NCBI GenBank assembly: GCA_964016885.1
Contig: OZ024740.1
Span: 142,972,001-143,036,000 of the forward strand
Direction of reading: 5' to 3'
Length of the DNA stretch: 64,000 nucleotides
Source: Eledone cirrhosa
Taxonomy: Eukaryota
The position numbers were made by a program, and so were the translations under genes. Below are positions 51,571 to 64,000 of this stretch, in pieces. Position 1 is the stretch's first letter; each line of letters begins with the position of its first letter. The notes beneath the pieces are model-generated. The model searched no databases and was not told where the DNA came from. It saw only the letters and a list, made by a program, of their open reading frames with translations.

Positions 51571-52650
51571 ATATAGCATTTAAAAGATCAGAGGCCATAT
51601 GTAGTTGATTTGGGTTTATTTATATCTCTGTGATACATATTTGGCTGAAAATTTTTTTTCCTTTTGTAATACAGGGAACGGCAGAATTGTCGATGTTGTT
51701 TCTACACCAACCAGCCCCTGTATGACCCCTGGCAAAAGTGTGGGTCAATCTCTGTCCTATGTCACTACCTCCAAATTTTGAAAATAGCAAGTCATCGTTG
51801 TAAGAACGAATTCTGCAAGTAGCCCATTCCCCCCTCTTCTCTGCCAGGCAGTGGTTGTTATGGTAGTAGTGACAGCCATCTCCTCCTAACCCAGTGGTTA
51901 ACTTCGTCTGCAACACCACCACACCATTAAGGTTATGTGGTAGAGTAGGGGATAACTGAATTAACAGTTGGAATATTATAACAAAGACAAGAATTAAACA
52001 AAATAAATTAAATGGAATAATTATATTAGAAATAGTATATCTTAACAAATAACTAATTGTTATATAGTTAACTGGGCTAAAAGTGCTACAAGTTTGAAAG
52101 CCCTACTCCTCACTAGTTCCACATATAACCATAGCTCAATGGATTACATACAGACGCTCCCCCTCCCCCGCACCCCTTACCCTTGATGAGCGGAATGCCA
52201 GAGCAAAATCTTTCGATATATGGGGAATGTCCAGAAGGAGTTGGGGCAGTAGGAATGTTCCCCGCAGCTTGCATTATACAGTGGTGAAACTGATTGAAAT
52301 CTCAGAACCAACATGTCCCATCCAGTAAGATGCTATTGTGTGGTTCTGGAAACAATTACATAGTGTAGGTTGATTCAAGGTAACTTAAAGTAAATATAAG
52401 AATGAGATACATGAAAATGAATTAGAGATAAGATAAATTACAGTGAATTAGAGTATGGTCAGAAAGGTACAGTATAACAAGAGAAACAACAAGGTATAAA
52501 TTGTAACAATATACAAGGTAAAAAGATACGGTGTAAAAAAAAAGGATGAACACTATCTAGCCATGGTCCTCAGCAAAATATGTATCATAGAGATATAAAT
52601 AAATTTAAATCAACTACATATGGCCTCCAATCTTTTTAATGATTTATATA
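51571..52650. repeat. About 80-bp imperfect inverted repeats bounding 1.1 kb (old MITE or Penelope remnant)
   Basis: aaaagatcagaggccatatgtagttgatt..atacatatttggctg at about 51571-51648 versus its reverse complement at about 52571-52650. Confidence 0.55.
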
Positions 52651-53031
52651 TATATATATACACATTTTTTTTTACTCTTTAGTCAGGGAGGGAAGGGAAG
52701 TACCCATAATCCTTTTCGAGACCTATGAGTCAGGGATGGCCCAGATTGTTGCGATAGAGTGGACTCTGGTAAAGGTACCCATGTTAGTTAATATTGTTTT
52801 ATTTTCATTTGATCCCTTTAAATAATGCATGGTGGGCAAGCAAAAATGTGGGGTATTCTAACTTGACATTTTATGGCTTGCCATGTAACATCCTTGTCTT
52901 TTCCCTCGTTTTTATATAACTTTGTCCAGCTCATGTATTGTAGCCTTTGTGTTTATAATGTTTACTGTATTCTATGTGCAAGCCCTTGTGGTTAATAAAG
53001 AAATCATTATTATTATTATTACTAATTACAG

Positions 53032-53949
53032 ATCGAGCAAATTAAAGTGCACAAACAGCAGCAACAGATGCTTCTTTCTCAGAACCAAGATTCTTTAACT
53101 CTGGATAAATCTGAAGAAATGGAACAAGCACTGGACATCCTCAAATGTTCCAATCTTGAAGTGGAGCTTTCTGCAAAAGAGAAAGAAATTAGTCAGCTTG
53201 TTGATGATGTGCAACGATTACAGATATCACAGGCAAAGATACGGGAGTCAACGACTGCTCAGATCAACCAGCTGGAAGAAGAACTCACTCAGAAGAATAA
53301 TGCTAACCAAGAACTTGAAGACAAACTGAAACTGCAAGGAGATTATGAAGAGATTAAACGAGAGTTAAATATCTTGAAATCCATTGAATTTTGCAAATCT
53401 TCTGAAGAAGCTTCCATACCACAATCAAAATCCCTTGAACTTCTGCTTCTGGAGAAAAATAAAAGTCTTCAAGCTGAGACGACCCAGCTGAAAATGGCCA
53501 ACAGTGAGTTAAGCAAACAGTATACAAAACTGCAAGACAGCTATAAAGAAGCTGCTTCTACTCTTACAGAACAGAAGATAATGATATCTCAGCTTGAGGA
53601 GGATTTACGCAGTGTTAATGCATTGTCTTCAATGTTTCGTGGTGCAGCTGAAGGTGTTGAAGCAAAGCCTGTAACTCCAACAGCTGAGGTAATGGCAGAT
53701 TTTGTTAAAGAAATGACACCTCCTGTGAAGGGAGAGAGTGACAAGTCTTCTTTAACTGCTGCTTCCTCTCTTCTACCAATTGTTCAAAGTCAGAGAGAAC
53801 GCTACCGTGTGCGAGCCCAGGACCTTGAAACACAGAACTTGGTGTTAAAACAACAAGTCACCTTGCTCCAGAATGAAACGGACAAACTGCGATCTGACAA
53901 TGTTAAATTGTATGAGAAAATACGTTTCTTACAAAGTTATCCATCAAAA
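53032..53949 (+). CDS. CUX1: Protein CASP coding exon 2 (coiled coil plus CASP C-terminal domain)
   Basis: Acceptor taattacag|ATC in frame with exon 1; LEVELSAKEKEI..DYEEIKRELNILKSIEF..LLLEKNK; CASP_C LLPIVQSQRERYR..LRSDNVKLYEKIRFLQSY; donor AAA|GTAAGT at 53950. Confidence 0.92.
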
Positions 53950-54316
53950 GTAAGTAATATAGTGTGTGTGTGTCTTTCTTTAATTCTTTTTACTTGCTTT
54001 TTATAACTTACTTTGCAACCATGTATTTTTGGGTTCACTGCATGGCACTTTGGACAGGTGCCTTCTACTATATATGACTGTATATGTATGTGTGGCGACG
54101 TGACTAGGCCTGTTTTTTCTCATAGAAAATTTTTTTGTTTCTGCCACTGCCCAGTTTCCTTTATCTTTCTATTTCTTCTTTGAATTCTCATTCTATTTTC
54201 TGATGAAGGATAGTGTCTGGAAGGTTAAGACTCTTTTCCTACTATATTAAGCGTAAAACAATAATATATTTCTTCATTGTTCATTGTCCTTTACTTTTTG
54301 TTATTTCTGTTTTCCT

Positions 54317-60997
<6,681 letters not shown>

Positions 60998-61011
<14 letters not shown>

Positions 61012-61932
61012 TGTGGTTGTCTGTCTGTCTATCGATTTTTGGCACACATCTCCTCTTAGAATCTCTCACGGAATTGCACCGAAATTGCTATACTTGTACA
61101 TTGAGCCCTAGCGAAGACATCGGAAAAAAAAATTTAAAATTGACGCGCCCTATGTGACGAAATCGAATATAATGTATCGATTTTTGAGCGTAAGTTATCA
61201 GTTATTTCCCTTTGTTCTGTTTACATTGAGCGTCTTACGTAAAAAATTACGCTGGCTTTCTCAGCGTTTGTCGAGCCAGCAAAATATTGACCTGCAAAAT
61301 TCATCAGTTCGAACACTAAGCTTCCGTTTTGCTTCATTTCCATTTAAAAGCATTTTAAAACAATATTTTTACTTGAAAACAAGTCTATTTAAAGACTACA
61401 TAAAACAAGCAAATATTTCGTCGTTAGGCGTGCAGACAGACAGTCGTGCAGAGAGGTGACATACGCGTGCAGACAGACAGTCGTGCAGAGAGGTGATATA
61501 GGCGTGCAGACAGACAGTCGTGCAGAGAGGTGATATAGGCGTGCAGACAGACAGTCGTGCAGAGAGGTGATATAGGCGTGCAGACAGAAAGTCGTGCAGA
61601 GAGGTGATATAGGCGTGCAGACAGACATAACTGATAATTTGGTTACGCTAATGTTTTTCTCTGCGTTGCAGTGTTTACATTTCCGATCTTTGTTAATAAA
61701 TAACCAGTGTAGTTTCTATCCCCAGCATCCTCTTTTGTTATAACATTCGGGTTATCGTTATGTTTTCTTAACTTCATAAGGCATATCGTTGGTTGAGGGA
61801 ATATTAATCAAAAACACCACATGCAAGTCTGCACAGTAGACACTACAGTTTTTAAGCCAAAAAAGAAACTTAACATTGTAACATTAACACAGCTACTGAG
61901 CGACCCCGAGCAACGCCGGGCTTTACTGCTAG
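60998..61932 (+). mobile_element. Non-autonomous Helitron, copy 2 (37-bp minisatellite, about 5.4 copies)
   Basis: Homologous to 746-1638 with the same hairpin and CTAG-T end; 5' TC lost in (TA)n. Confidence 0.88.
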
Positions 61933-61974
61933 TATTATATATATTTATATATATATATATATATTATATATATT

Positions 61975-62006
<32 letters not shown>

Positions 62007-62051
62007 ATATTATATATATATATATATATATTATATATATTTATATATATA

Positions 62052-62096
<45 letters not shown>

Positions 62097-62102
62097 TATA
62101 TA

Positions 62103-62145
<43 letters not shown>

Positions 62146-62161
62146 ATATATTATATATATA

Positions 62162-62231
<70 letters not shown>

Positions 62232-62233
62232 AT

Positions 62234-62328
<95 letters not shown>

Positions 62329-62329
62329 G

Positions 62330-62672
62330 GAGGCACATGGCTTAGTGGTTAGAGCATTGGCCTTGCAATCGAAAGGTTGTGAGTTCAATTCTCAGACCAG
62401 GTGATGTGTTGCTTCCTTGAGCAAGACACTTTATTTCACATTGCTCCAGTTTACTCAGCTGTAGAAATGAGATGATAGGGACTGGGGTCCCTATCATTCC
62501 ACTGCTAAGTGGTCGTGGAGGTGCCACGGCAAAAAAGCACCCAGCACTCACTGTAAATGAGGTTGGTGTTAGGAAGGGCATCCAGCTGTAGAAATCAAGC
62601 CAGAATCAGTTCCCGTCCCACCCTTGCAAGCAGGGAAAAGTGAACGTAAAATGAAATGATGATGATGATGAT
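62330..62672 (+). mobile_element. SINE family B copy
   Basis: tRNA head, core ccttgagcaagacactttatttcacattgctccag, RTE-like tail, (TGA)n end. Confidence 0.85.
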
Positions 62673-62952
62673 ATATATATATATATATGTGGAACACGGA
62701 CGGTAAACGTTGATGATGATGATGGGTAAGGATCCCCTTTGGGCACGAATGACCATGGGATTTGCACCTAGAAAGTTCCCCTCCGATGCACAAGTCCAGG
62801 CAAGGTTGTTTGTGGAAGCCCAGCAGTTGCCCATGCATACCAGTCTCCCCTCTCCATGTCACCGATGTTGTCCAAGTGACGTCACAACTCTGCAGCTGAA
62901 TCCACAACGCTTTATCCAGTAAGCCATGCACCTTCACATGTATATATATATA

Positions 62953-63498
62953 TCATCATCATCATCATCAACGTTTAACGTCCGTGTTCCACGCTTGCAT
63001 GGGTTTGGACGGGGGTAGTCCCACTTGAGGCAAGAGTGATTGTCTTGCTCGCATAGGACTGTCTGGCAGGTTTTCTACAGTTGGATGCCCTTCCTAACAC
63101 CAACCACATTTACAGTGTGGGTCTGGGAGGTTTTTACTGTGTTGCCTACACGGCCACATTACAGCGTGGACTGTGTGTTTTTTTGTCGTGACACCTACAC
63201 GATCTCATTTGTTTCGGCCTGGATGGCGCGGCACCAACATAACTTTACATAGAACGGGGTGGTGTGGATGGGGTGGGGGGGGGGTGCGGGGACGGGGTGT
63301 ATTTTGTTAGAGATGCCTACTAGCAAGGCGGGTCTTCTCTGTTACTGAGTACCGCCAAAGGTCTCGGTCCAGTGACATTGTCTTGGAGAGGTGTAAGTGT
63401 GTGATGTCGGAGTTTATCAGCTCGTCCCAGGTTTTTCTAGGTCTGCCTATTCCATGGCTACCGTCTATCTTTATTGCCCTGCACTTTGTTATACAGCT
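62953..63498 (-). mobile_element. RTE LINE 3' fragment
   Basis: Near-identical to about 44225-44805. Confidence 0.9.
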
Positions 63499-63509
63499 AT
63501 ATATATATG

Positions 63510-64000
63510 GTGGGACACGATGGTCACCCGGATAGTAAACCAAGTAATACAGATTGGGGTCATACCAAATGACTAGTGTAGCAGCCTCATCATTAACTGC
63601 TTCAAGGGCAAAAGAGACGCTCTAGATAGAAAGCTATAGTGGCATTAAGTTAGTTGGCCAGGTCATGAAGGTCACTGAAAGAATTATTGCACAACTGATT
63701 AGAGACTGAATTGATCTGGATGAAATGCAGTTTGGGTTTGTGCCAGCTAAAAGTACCATGGATGCTCTCTTCCTTGTACAGCAACTACAGGAGAAGTACC
63801 TAGCTAAAAGTAAACCCCTCTAATTAGCTTTTGTTGACTTGGAGAAAGCCTTTGACACAGTCCCCCGCTCCATTATCTGGTGGGCTCTTAGAAAACTAGG
63901 AGTAGATGAGTGGTTTGTGATAGCTATACAAGCCATGTATAGAGGAACAGTCAGCAACGTTAGAATTAACAATAAATATAGTGAAGAATTTAGCGTAAAA
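63510..64000 (+). mobile_element. RTE LINE RT fragment (runs off the window)
   Basis: Homologous to about 42850-43345 (QFGF..FVDLEKAFD). Confidence 0.88.

Noticed and set aside
51620-52048. 142-aa minus-strand ORF in CASP intron 1, and antisense ORFs over TE genes
   Set aside because: No recognisable motifs; shadow frames or chance ORFs.
54195-54235. CTGATGA hammerhead-like seeds (also about 51473, about 644 and ctgagag at about 2631)
   Set aside because: Core or stems I/III are incomplete; at most decayed relics.
62330-62400. tRNA-like heads of SINE families A and B
   Set aside because: A and B boxes are present but the cloverleaf is degenerate and they continue into SINE body and tail; not tRNA genes.

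Overview
Repeat-dominated animal genomic DNA. It is most likely a cephalopod (Octopus-like), inferred from the SINE/RTE repertoire, the (TA)n load and TTAGGG, not proven. One host gene is visible: a CASP (CUX1-family golgin) with two very large coding exons (46482-47261, 53032-53949) and a C-terminal exon expected beyond the window. The rest is transposable elements: a microsatellite-embedded Tx1/L1 LINE; CR1, CRE and RTE LINEs; two tRNA-derived SINE families; a non-autonomous Helitron with a visible empty site; a CsRN1-like Gypsy remnant; and two Penelope-like lineages (Naiad-like, Neptune-like) carrying type I hammerhead ribozymes. There are also two copies of an unusual LTR retroelement with DIRS-like RT/RNase H and a DDE integrase, a conserved -1 frameshift signal, and a primer-binding site complementary to the 5' end (not the 3' CCA end) of tRNA-Phe. 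Several inversion or truncation breakpoints fall at hammerhead stem II, one capped by TTAGGG repeats. A ~6.6 kb degenerate (TA)n array with a 200-N gap occupies 54.4-61 kb.
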